A stretch of 64,000 bases of DNA from contig NC_087436.1 of assembly GCF_036321535.1 (NCBI RefSeq), forward strand, positions 87,918,001 through 87,982,000. The letters are read 5' to 3'. Source of the DNA: Camelus dromedarius (Eukaryota). The position numbers and the translations under genes were made by a program. Shown here one piece after another: positions 47,144 through 58,915 of this stretch. Each line of letters opens with the position of its first letter. The first letter of the stretch is position 1. The notes under the pieces were generated by a model. The model made no database searches. It worked only from the letters and a program-made list of their open reading frames with translations, and was not told the DNA's origin.

Positions 47144-47746
47144 TTTAAGCAATAGTAATTCTAGGTTCTGGGGCACTTTGTGTTCAGAAGCACCTGCAGG
47201 TGGCTTTTCTCAGTTGTTAACAGTTTGCTTCTGTTGCTGAAACAAGTGATCTATTTGTTTTGCTTAGTTGGAAGGATTAATTAAAGAGACTCTCCTTTGT
47301 CCTTTGTTTTTCTGCTTTTCTATCAACAGACAGAAGTCTCTGAAGGCAGTCAGTCATGTAGTAAACTCTTTTGCCAGTAGTATGATCATGTAACTCTTTT
47401 TACCCCCAATCACATTTCCAAGTTATTCAGATAATTCATGAATTCCTTTCCCAAATGAGATAACGAGTTGATAGGTGGTAACAATGACTAAATACAGTGC
47501 CCACATTTTTTTTCCCACCAACTTTCCTCCAACTCATAAACTGGGGATGGATTAAAAACTGTTTTATGTTTTCTTTTAAAGGGACTTTAAAAGTTTAAAA
47601 GTTCTTACTTACACGAGCAACACTTTAAAATACACATTAAAATCCAACAAGGTTTTAAGGTAGTTTCAAAGTGATTTCACCATAGTACTGGATAACCATC
47701 CCAATAGGGACAGATGAACTGTTCAGTGCATTAAACAAAAAATTTA

Positions 47747-47870
47747 GGGGGGAGGATGTAGCTCAATTGGTAGAGCACATGCTTAGCATGCATGAGGTCC
47801 TGGGTTCAATCCCCAGTACCTCCATTAAGTAAATAAATAAATAAACCTAATTACCTCCCCCCTCAAAAAA
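47747..47870 (+). mobile_element. tRNA-Ala-derived SINE (Vic-1-like)
   Basis: GGGGGGAGGATGTAGCTCAATTGGTAGAGCACATGCTTAGCATGCATGAGGTCCTGGGTTCAATCCCCAGTACCTCCA with A and B boxes, (AAAT)n and AACCTAATTACCTCCCCC tail; 16-bp TSD with one mismatch (47731-47746, 47871-47886). Confidence 0.92.
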
Positions 47871-49223
47871 TTAAAAAAAAAATTTAATCTGAAAAGTAAC
47901 CTCTGTATATGTGCTCTTGGCTGCTTAATTTAAAGACATTTTTAGTGATAGAGTAGACAAAGGGGATTGTACTGAACATAGATGTTATGCCTTTAGTTCT
48001 GAGTTGTTTGTGAGTGGAAATAGATTTAAGTTGAATAATAGCCTAAAACTTCTCTCAGAGTAATTTACTTATAAAGTCAGTACTTAATCCTTGATTTATC
48101 TCTTCTTTAAATTCACATTTTCACACAGTGTATCTGTTTAGAATGGAAGTCCCATTGTATTGATAAAAGGAAAGAAAAATGGCAGAATACTAACATAGCA
48201 CCAGTAGGATATTTTGGATAAAGTTAAGATCTTACTGATAAAGGTATCCCAATTAATAAAAGTAGTATTAAAACATAAAGCTCCTAGGTGATCTAAAATA
48301 GGTATAGAATTTGAAGTAAGGCAAAACAAATATAGTATTTTATTAATGGAAGATGATCTCATATACATTAATTGTGTGTTCCATGAAACAAGAAATCAAT
48401 TATTTGACCCAGTTTAGAACGTAGTATTTCTAGACCTTTACCATGGAATCAGAAATCTTCTATGGGATTCTTAGCCATTATGAGCTATCCCATCATAAAG
48501 GATTTATATCTGATTATGTTTGCATGATTTAAAAAAGTAGTTATATATAAATAATATACATATAATATTTGCATTAACATAACACCAACATTTCTCCACA
48601 TGCTTTTATAAGGTCCATATTATCCTTACAATAACTGTGACACAGGATAGATACTATGATATCCATTGATGGTTATCAGGCACTTAACCTAAATTTTTGG
48701 AAGCTCAGAAACATATGTGTTATATAGATAAAGAAATTTTTTAAAGAGCACGTGAATTTTTATTGTTTGACTCATTGACAAAGGGGAACTTTCTAAGGAC
48801 TAAACAATGGTTTTTAAAGAGTGGTAAGCTTCCCAAAAGAAAGAGAGAGAAACTCTGTAAGATATGATAGATGCAAAAAGGAATTCAGGAAGCATTTTCT
48901 AAGGGCCTCCATTTGTGGAGAAATAAGAATTTTCTCCACAAATATTCTGGCAGGAAGCTAGCAAGTCAATTAGTGATGACTAACATTTACTCATGGGTAG
49001 AGTGAAAATTAACAAAAAGCCGAATAGTTTCTCTTCCATCATAAACATTGTAGAGGGGAAAATAACCTAGGAATATTTTCATTTCTAAATATCTTTTAAA
49101 AATAGATGAAAGAAAGCATCAGATCAAGTAATGTGAAGCACAATGAGTATCTTAGACTCAATGGAGGTTTGGGCAAGTTCTTTATAATGTGAAATTTATT
49201 TGAAGAACTGTCATTCTGAAATT

Positions 49224-49314
49224 ATAACCCTCCCAAATTTTGGTTTTAAAATATTCTTATTTTATGAAATAACCATCCCAATTTTGGGTTTTAAAATCTT
49301 ATTTTATGAAATAA
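49224..49314. repeat. Imperfect tandem duplication, unit about 45 bp
   Basis: ATAACCCTCCCAAATTTTGGTTTTAAAATATTCTTATTTTATGAA followed by ATAACCATCCCAATTTTGGGTTTTAAAATCTTATTTTATGAA. Confidence 0.85.
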
Positions 49315-52300
49315 TGGGGAAACTAGATAGAGGATTTATTTGTATTTATTTAAATACCTTTACTTGGCAAAATAAAAAGTTGTTAAGCCTATGTCAGTTC
49401 CCAAAAATTCCTTGCAAATTTTACCAGTCCATGAAATTAAGAAGTCGGGGAACCAGTGATTTAGACTAGTTGATAAGATAGATTTACAATAAAATCTTAA
49501 GTAATCAGAATATTCCTAGAGAAGTATTCTGGTTAATTAGATTTTCACACTGTAGGTTAACTGTTTTGTTTTAGCTTTGCTCATTTAATTTGACATGCAT
49601 TTATTGAAAGCTTTCAGTTATGTCAGGCATCATCCTAAGTGATGCTGATGCAAAGATGTATAAGCATGGCCCTTGCTCTTTGAAAACAAACCAGATTAGT
49701 GCAAGAGACAGAAAAAGAATCACTTAATTTCTGTTTTTAGCATGATACTTGTAATCAGGAAAACGTATATATGGTAGAAAAATGCTAAATCAGGGAAGGA
49801 GGTCCAATCAGAGAAGGCTTTGCAAAAAAGGTAAATCTTCTTTGGGTTTTAATGGGCAGATTGTAGAGTCTCCAGGTAAACATGGAGGGGAGGGCTATTC
49901 TAGACAAAGGGAACCACATGCCCCAAAGCACTGAAGCTTGAAAGAGCAGGATCATTGACATCCAAAGAGCAGCCATTTCAAATATCAAATGAAGCAGTGG
50001 CCAGAGAAGAAATCCGAGAGGCAGCCTAGAGTCAGATTATAAAGGGGCGTGTATATTTTGCTGAGATGCTTGGACTATATTTAATACATGCCTTGAGAAT
50101 CTTTAAAGGGTTTTAAGCAGGAGAGAGTTGGAAATCTTTTAAAAAATATATTAGTATCTTTTTTTTTCCTGCCTCAGTAAGTAGAATATTCAGTGATAGA
50201 ATATTCTACTAGATAGAATTCTCAGTGAATGTCAGTTCTTTTTTTTTTTTTTTTTTTAACAAAGGAACACATTGAAATATAGAAGGTGGAGGACTTCTTC
50301 CTCTATAGAGACCCAGGAAATATTTTTTGAAGTTTCTTTATAAAAACAAATTACTATTTTTTTTTTCATTTGTCTCCTTCTCATTCAGACTAATAAAGGC
50401 CTAGGGAAAGAGATTTTGGTTGACAGCTTTTATTGGATTTTTTCTTAATTTGATGGTGGAAAATCATTGATTAATAGATGGTATCCACCTACATGCTGAA
50501 TGAGGGGTAACACTGTGCTACTTATGGGTAGAATTTGGAGATTGATTGTACTCTCTGGAGAATGGAGATATATTCATCAATTTTTCCCCTTATTTACTCA
50601 ACACATAGTAGTTACTATATAAATCTATGGTGAACTGAAAACAATTTGCAGTATAATTGGTAACAAAATTTTTCTGAGGAAAAAGAATTGCTGGCTTGAC
50701 TGGTAGTTCTTTGATATGGTTTCCCTTTGTTCATAAACAGAGAATAATTGATCATAGTGCATTTCACATTTAAAAGAGTTAACAAAGATCTATATTCAAG
50801 GATGTTGGAAAGTTTGTCATATTGGCACATTGAGAGAATATTTCTTTTTAAAGAATGGGGATCTAGGTAGGAGATAAATTCCCTCTGAAGGGAAAAGTAC
50901 ATATTGTACATTTCTCCAGGGTTACAATTGGGACTGTGTTCAATAACACTGAGCATTCTTAAGAATGACCTGCATATCCAGGTTTGTAGATTTCCTAAAT
51001 TATTCCTCAGTGTGAAATACTAAGAGAAGTATTAGTGCCAGGAGGCTGAGTGTGTGGGCTAAAAGGTGATAAATAATCCTATTGTGGGTAAGTGTGAAAT
51101 AGAAATAGTTATAAATTATATTTGTAAGGTGATTATCTCAACATGGTTGGTTAGGTGTAAGGAAGAGAATCTAGAGGTTAGACTGCTTTCTGGAGTTATG
51201 GCCCAATGTGCTAGTGTAACAAAATAATCTGGGCATCATAAAGCAAGTGTTTTACAAAGAGTTTGAAAACATCACCTAGATCTTGAACCTGAAGTGTTTT
51301 TTTTTTCTAAACATCTGTGAAGGCCATATAAATATAACCCAGATATTTCCTTGTCTCTTGCCTCTACTAGAAACCCGTAAACTACCTACAACCTTTCCCT
51401 TTTCTAAGTCTTCCATATTTATGAGTATCCCCAGGAGATTTTTCACCTGAACTCACAGAAAAGTCCTATCAACTACCAACGTTTTCCCTCCCCACACCCT
51501 ACCCCTTTCTGGTACTAAAGCTTTTCTAGGGAACTGCCGGGAGCTGCCACTTTCTTGGCAGCACTGGTTTCTTCTGAGGTCTCATGCAAATGCACTAAAC
51601 TTCCTGATGTCCAAAGTCTCTCAAAGTTCATTGGCAAAGAGGGGCAGAAAATTTAATCGTTTCCCCCTAACACTCAAATGGGTACCAAAGCACTTGAGTA
51701 CCCAATTTCAGCAGTTGCAACCCTTTCGTTTCTTACAGCTCCCATGGGAAACTGGGAAAATCATAAGGCAGACCCCAGCAGGCTGCCGCAGAGTTCCTAC
51801 TCTTTCCATACATGAGGTTTTGAGGCAGGGTTAAGCTTCCGGTGCCAGACTCCCCCTTTCTGTCAAGAAATAGACTTCTGGTACCTGCTTGGGCTCAGTC
51901 TGGTCTCCCCAGGACACTGTTCTAGCAAGGCGGACGGACGTCTTCAACTTTGGAGGCTGGCATGGTGGGGGTTGGGCATCTATTCAGTCTTTTCAGAAGA
52001 GTAACTTAGCTCTAGTGACAAACCCCGAGATAACACAGAAGACATGAATTAAATGGAACTTTTAATGGAAGCGATTTAAATGCTTTTTAAATGAACGATT
52101 ACGGGACAGAGCAGGACACCTCTAGATTTGCAGATCCCTTTATTAAAGTTCTTTGGGGTAGCGAAATGCCTATGGGATCGACCGTGGGAGTAGGGTGGAC
52201 AGTAAGTGAAAACTTGTTGAATAAAACTCAGGAGGAGTTAGTACCAGAATTTCGGGTATTCTAATTCATTCTAACCACTCCATTCAGTAGAGCGAAGGAT

Positions 52301-52419
52301 GAGCTTCCGCAGGATCCCATCTCCAGCTCCGTATGTATTACTGATTTGGAGAAGATTTTGAATTTTTCTCTTCTCCCTTTCCGTCTTTCCCCAGTACAGG
52401 CTGTGAGTTTGTCAACGAC

Positions 52420-54070
52420 CCCTACCAGTATTTAAAGGGAAAGGCGCTTGGAACAAGGCAAAGTACGGAGGACTTGGCGGCTGTATTTCTCAAACCCGTA
52501 AAGAGAGCGCGATAATGGGTAAGGGGCGTGCAGACTAACTCTTTCCTTGCCCAATCAGGTGCACAGGAAGATGTCCTTTTACCAATAAAAATAAAGTTCG
52601 CTTTCCGGAGGCGGGAGGGTGAGCCTTGACTGCCAGTTCTCCAAAGCAACGCTGGAGTAGAAGACAGAGAGTGATTAGAGGTAGGGCCAACCCGGGGAGA
52701 GGGGCGGGGTGAGGGCGGGGGTAACTCTGAACGGCGGCTGTACCGGCCAGTGGGGTGCGAGGATTGCTGTTCCTGTTGTAGTGTTTCTCGCCAATCAGGA
52801 CCGCCAGGGAGTGGGCGGGGCGGGGAAGAGGTGGGAAGAGCTCGCGGCACCGCCGGGCGCCTGTCGGGCTCTCGGGGAGAGAGAGAAATCCGGTTAAAAT
52901 CAGTGTCGGAGGGAGGTTTAACCACAGATCGGTTCCGATCGGATTATTCCTTAAAGGGAACGCGCCATTGTCAGGAGAACGGAGCTTGGGGCCCGAGGGC
53001 GGGGACCGGCGGCGCCTGAGGAGCGAGGCAGCTGCACTTGGACTGGGGACGGGTAGGTGTTGCCTGGGGAAAGGCGCTTCATTTCACTTTTTCTTCCAGC
53101 CCTAGAGGCAGGCGCCGGGATGCCCGCCGACCGGCGGCCGCAGCCCTGGCGGGAGAAGAGGTCGCCGGCCCTCGCCCGGCTGCCCTTCCTGATGGGAGCC
53201 GAGGGGGAGGCGGGCTAGAATGGCTGGCAAGCTGCGCCGCCCGGGCCAAGACTCATAACGGACACCAAACCGTGGCGCAGCCCCCGCCTCAACCGAAAAC
53301 CCGCTGGAGCGGCAGTGGGTCCTCGGGGAGCGCCGCGCGCCCCGCTCCCCCGCGCGCCCGGCTCTCCGCGCGCGCGCTGCTTCCTTGCGCGCCCCCTTCC
53401 TCTCGCGCGCCCCATTCTGCTCGCGCACGCCGCGTCCTCGCGGACCCGCGGGAGCCGCCCCGCGGGTAGGAAGACGGCGGCGGGGCGGAGGGAGGTCCGC
53501 GGCCACTGCTTCGCCGCCCGCGTCGTGAAGGGAGGGCTGAAGAGCAAACTTAGCGCCGCAGCTGGCGGCCCCAGGGTGGGAAGGGGCGCTGGGGACCCGC
53601 AGAGCGGGCGGAGTCACCAGCCTGGCCCAGCATTGTCCGTCTTTTCCTTTACTCTCGTCTCTCCGCCCACTGCTCGCGGTCGTGGGGAGGGGTGCGGACG
53701 CGGGCACCGTGCCCGCACCGCTCCGGGCCGGCCGCGCACCCCCAGACCCCAAAGCGTGCCGGAGCCGGCCCCACGGACGCGGTAGCCGCCGCCCGCGGGC
53801 CGTCGGGGCCTGTGAATGCCTTTGCTGCTCTCAGTCTCTGCACCGGCGCAGGCTGCCTGTGTGCTGAGCTCTTCCTTGCAACTTTTCTTTGCCGATTGAT
53901 GGAAGTTGTGGCTTCCGGGCGGCAGGTTCTTTGGGCATAACCTCGTTTCCTGAGTTCTGGAGAGAGTGATTTCTAGGGCGGAATGGTTCTTGATCGCTAT
54001 CGGTCTTTTCCTCCCATCCCAGTTTTCCTCGGCGCCTAAAATCGCTTCGCTCATGGATTTGCGATTGTAG
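52420..54070. promoter_or_regulatory. FRYL: CpG island, probable FRYL promoter
   Basis: Large GC/CpG-rich block with CCAAT boxes (52551, 52582, 52791) and GC boxes (52701-52721, 52813-52824). Gene identity is inferred only from recalled mammalian synteny (FRYL is divergent from OCIAD1). Confidence 0.7.
52860..53052 (+). other. FRYL: Probable non-coding exon 1 of FRYL (start site approximate)
   Basis: Lies downstream of CCAAT/GC boxes and ends at a good donor CGG|gtaggt (53053); sequence to the window end is T-rich and intron-like. Confidence 0.5.
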
Positions 54071-55172
54071 GGGAGCATTAACCTCTCTTAGGTCAGGATA
54101 CTTTAAAAATGAAAAAAGAAGGGAGGGGTACTGATGAGCAAGAGCTCTACGTAGAACCGAATTTGCCTTAACCTTTGAACTGTGGAAAGTATTACTTCGA
54201 GTTGACTGGCAGAGCTTCTTTTGAAAGGAAAAACAATTGCAAAACAAAACAAAAAGCCCCAGGTTGCTAAGTTCTATAGGATTAGGGGGGGAAAAGATTT
54301 TTGATAGAAATAAATTTAGTGTTGTAATTGTTCTTCCCAGCCGATTCCATGAAGTTAATTTCTGCTACCTAACCCATAGGTATTATAATTAGTAACAGCA
54401 ACTTTTACTATTGATAAAACAAATGGTTTTTTTCATCTTGAGCATTATAGCTATGCTATACCTGTCAATACTTGCTAAAGAAAATATATTTAGAAACAGC
54501 AGAGCCTTGTTAGAGACCTTACTTAGGAAAGGAATGTTTTCATGAGCATTCATTTTTGACAGTTTCTTCTTGTGCAATACTTTGTAGAGTACTTGCGTGT
54601 GCAGGTTACAACCCTATAAACAAAGTAGCAGTGGGTGTGTTATTCTGTAGTCTTTTTTTTTGGCTACTCATTATCAAAGAGAGCATTCCACCCGGTCTTT
54701 TCTTCCATTCTGAGTTATTTTGTAAAATTATTTCTCTAGGATAGTGAATTTTGTTGGAACCTCTGGCCCAGTGGTTTTTGTTTTGTTTTCAGTAAAGCAG
54801 TACTAACAACTTCCCAAAATGTTCATTGATTAACTGTTTAGTAACTTTATGAGTTATGTGGAGCATTATAACAAGTTTACAGGCTCAGCAATAACAGAGG
54901 AGGAATTATACTTGGGAGACGAAAAGTCAATTTCACATAATAATGTTTGGGAGACACTTTACTTTTCCCACAGAGTTTAGGAAGTGTAGACACACAAAAA
55001 CATGATCTTTTGTAATCTTGATGGTATCTGGTGTTGTTACACCTAATACTGCCCTTCCTCCTCCTCTCTTTGATCCTGATCTTTGATAAGGATGTCAGGC
55101 AAGCTTGTAGGCATAACTTCCTCTCCATCTCATAATAGAAAGTAGAAGATTAAAACAAGTTTCCAAGGTTCA

Positions 55173-55318
<146 letters not shown>

Positions 55319-56899
55319 ACTTACCACTTATTTAAACAATAGAGCAGAGAATTCCTGAACCTTTAAAAAATCACATATAAAGAAAACATTCAGAAAGAAT
55401 TATCTTTGAAATATCTAGGCTTTGTTTCCTGGAAAACATTTTTTTTTTCCTGTGTGCTTTTCAATTGTTTTAAACACATTGTCTTAAATATACACATTGC
55501 CCAGGCATTTCTTGAATTGTGAACTGTCCCTTGAGATCTCTGGGAACTAGGACTGCCCTCTATTTTGGTGCAAATTCACTGCATCACCTAGTACATTTCT
55601 AGTGCCCAATAAATGTGTTGACTTAGGTCTTTGTGACAGAAAAAGACAATGTTCTATAGAGGCCACTTGAGAGGCTTATTTATTTATTTTTAAAATAAAC
55701 CCTTTCTGAACAAGTTACACCAAAGAATAGCAGTTGGTTCAGCATCTGGAGAAAGATATACTAATCTATGTGCTTTTTGTTCTGTGTACAAAAATGTGAT
55801 CTAATTATTTATAATATCTTTTCCACAGACATCTTTTGTGGTAGTGATTGCTTGTTGTCCCAGTTATTAGAGCTAGGTTTAATCTGTCAGCATCATCTTT
55901 ACTTAAAGAAGATTATGGGAATATACAGTAGAAAAGGATGACAATCATTGCTGTCAAAGTTATGGAGTGTAATGGGAAGATGCAAAATCATCATTCATAG
56001 AGAAAAGATAATGTGGATCTCAGTGCAGTAACAGGTGCAAGGTAACAGTGACACAGGATTCATGCCAAAATGGTAAAGGAATAATGGAATGCTAGCAGAA
56101 ACTTAGGTGATGTGGGGAAGTTCTCCTTTATATAGCAACTGTTGTATTTTTTTAAAAATTAAAAAATAAAGTATGTTTGGGGTGTATGTTCTCCACTTGA
56201 ACTATTTTTATCTATAAAATATAGGGGGCGGGGGGTGGGGGTGCAGAGCATGTACTCTAAATTTCAACTGTTGTTACCTCACCAGAGGGATCACCATCTA
56301 ACCCAGCTCAAATCTCACCTTGTCTGCAAGCTCTCCTGATCCTAAATCATGGCTATTTTCTGTTGCTCCAGTAAAGTCCTTATATAGCACAAGCCATGCT
56401 CTGACTTACACTATAGTTATGTGTGTATTTCTTCATTGGATTGTGGATTTTGGTAAAAAAATCATTAACAAAAGTTTTGCCCCCCCCCCCCCCCTTCTTT
56501 TTTACTGCTGCGTAAAGTACTTGATCGGTCTTATTAGCCTGCTAGTATTCTGTAAAACCATCAACTGTAAAGTTCAAATTGTTTTATTTGGGGACGATGT
56601 GTATGTGTTTTTAAAGGAAAAATCATTTTTTTCCCCTTATCAACAGTTTTACATGCTCATTGTAAAATACTGATATGAAAGAAGTGTATAATTTAGAAAT
56701 TAAAAGTCCCTCATAACACTGCCTTTATCATAACTATTGGTAGTTGTTTGACTTTTTCTTCCAGTTCCCCCCTCCCTGCCCTTTTTTTTTTTTAAATTAC
56801 CTTCAGATACTACTGACTTAAGCTATCATATTTGAAAATTTTAATTAGTAAGTTGTGTTTACTGTGAATGGAGAGAGGTAATTAATTTTTATATATTCA

Positions 56900-57296
56900 T
56901 TTGTTTGTTTTTTACTCTTTTAACAAATATATTATTAACTGTAAGCACAATATTGTACAGCAGGTCTCTAGAGCTCTTCCACCTTGCATGACTGAAGCTC
57001 TATGCCCATTGAACAGCATCTCCCCCATTTCCACTTCCCATGAGCCCCTGGCAACCATGAATTTGACTGTTTTAAATGCCTCATATATGAGTGGAATTAT
57101 GCAGTATTTATTCTTCTGTGAGTGGCTTATTTCACTTAGCATAATGTTCTCCAGGTACATCCATGTTGTTGCAAATGGCAGGATTTCCTTTTTTATGGCT
57201 GAATAATATTCCGTTGTATGTATATACCACATTGTCCTTATCCATTTCTCCTTCAGTGAACAGTTGGGTTGTTTCCATCTGTTGGTTACTGTGGAA
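56900..57296 (-). mobile_element. L1 (L1MA-like) 3' end
   Basis: ORF 56912..57232 MWYIHTTEYYSAIKKEILPFATTWMYLENIMLSEIS is the L1 ORF2p C-terminus. Confidence 0.9.
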
Positions 57297-58704
57297 TATA
57301 CTTATTTATTTATTATTAATTTCTCCAGTAATTTCTGAGTAATTATGGCTCTTTTACCTTTTCTTGCGATGCAAGGCTCCCACCAGTAGTTTTGCATTCA
57401 AGATGTAGTCTATAATCATTAGAATCATAATCATTTTAAAAATTGGTCAAAACCAGTGTCCCTGAACATTTTAGGTATCTCTAGCCAAAAATGTTTTTGG
57501 AGTATATACTGTAAGCTTAATCTCTTCTCATTTCTTGATTCTTCTCATCTCTAGAGAGCATTAAAAATTGCTTTGAGACTGCCAACAGGCACTGTTCATA
57601 ATAGTTGCCCCAAGAGGAATGTAGGAAGATGTCTGTTCCTGATCAGTTCACATGTAGAGGTTTCCCTCCACCCATCTGCTGCTCATTATAAAAAGGGAGC
57701 TACAATGTAGGCTGATGAAATAGGTGAAAAGATTCTGTTGTTCTAGGTGCATCTTTAAGCCAGCCCAGAGGGGGGAAAAGGTTTCTCACAGGTTTCTAAG
57801 TAGAAAACCCAGCTGCAAGTAGCCAGTAAGCCTAATGAGGCGTGAAATCTCCATTTATTCAGCAAGTTTTTATTGAGAACTGCACCTAAATTGCGCACCA
57901 TGTAGTCACTGAGGATAAGATGGTGAAGCCTGTCTGTACCACAAACAATGAGCTCCTTTGAGTAGGGTCTTTACTTCAAGAGACAGAGTGGTCCATACGG
58001 ATTAAAGGTAGTGTACACAAAGTGCACTCTTGAGTGACTTATTATTCACTCTTGTTTATTATTATTTGCAGCTTCATTTGAGGTATCCTAGCAAACAAAG
58101 CTGGCTTCCATAGGAGGTGGGTTGGAGTCCATGGTGCCTTTTAAAGGAAATCTGTGAGTGCTAGAATTTTTTTTTCCTCTAAATTTCAAACACTGCTATT
58201 CCTATGGGCAGAATTTTTCTGAAATTCTGCAAATGTTGATGTGTCTTTCCTTATACCATAATGGGATTGTCCATTTCAAAGACCACCATTATTACACTAC
58301 ATTTGTGTCCTAGTAGGAAATTCATATTTTGCTGATGGAATAGTAACACATTCTTTTAAACTCAATGCTATAATTAATAGAGACCTTTATCAGGATTTTT
58401 TATGTTATAAAACTAATTGCTTTGAAAAATCATTTGTATTAAAATACAGTGTAAAGTATTCCTAAGTTTTACAAGATGAACCACCACCACCACCATCCCC
58501 GCCCCAGCCCTCCCAAGCCTGTTGCTCCATCTTTGTATTGTGGGGCAAGAATCAGCTTGTTAAGAAAGAGGCCTTGTAGGACTGTCAGTGATGGAGTCGA
58601 CCAGGCCAGGAAGAATATCTGATCAAGGATACAGCCTATGGGGTTTGACCATAATGCAGCAGTTGTGATTTATCAAGTTTTGTGAAGAGTTAAAAATTTA
58701 AAAT

Positions 58705-58915
58705 AACAGTTTTGGAGAGATACAATTTCCATACCATACAGTTTACTTTTTTAAAGTGTACAATTCAATGTTCTTAGTATATTATAGTGTTGTACGCCTC
58801 ATCATAGCCAGTTTTAGAACTTTTTCATCTCCTCATCACCTTCCCTACCTCCCTCCTAAGCCCTGCACTCCATCTCTATACATTTGCCTACTCTGGATAT
58901 TTCATGTAAATGGAG
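58705..58915 (-). mobile_element. L1 (L1MB-like) 3' end fragment
   Basis: TACCATACAGTTTACTTTTTTAAAGTGTACAATTCAATG...TTTGCCTACTCTGGATATTTCATGTAAATGGA. Confidence 0.7.

Larger units (their letters stand above)
40253..50884 (-). pseudogene. Candidate ancient unitary pseudogene of a multi-C2H2 zinc-finger (possibly zinc-finger homeobox) gene
   Basis: About 8 degenerate C2H2 fingers, all on the minus strand, most retaining C-x2-C-x3-F-x5-L-x2-H spacing (50595-50774, 47455-47505, 43630-43702, 42313-42587, 41243-41314); candidate exon starts after acceptors at 50884, 47540, 43717, 40741 and a donor after 44769; many stops, frameshifts and TE insertions. Confidence 0.65.

Noticed and set aside
47191..47202. 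Palindromic double E-box CACCTGCAGGTG
   Set aside because: A 12-bp palindrome is expected by chance in 64 kb; no supporting context.
47747..47824. tRNA-Ala(AGC)-like sequence as a functional tRNA gene
   Set aside because: It has a SINE tail, a TSD and two diverged sister copies in the window; it is a SINE head.
52422..54247. Long overlapping ORFs (up to 216 aa) in the second CpG island
   Set aside because: Arg/Pro/Gly/Ala-rich on both strands, as expected from stop-codon scarcity in GC-rich DNA; no recognisable domain.
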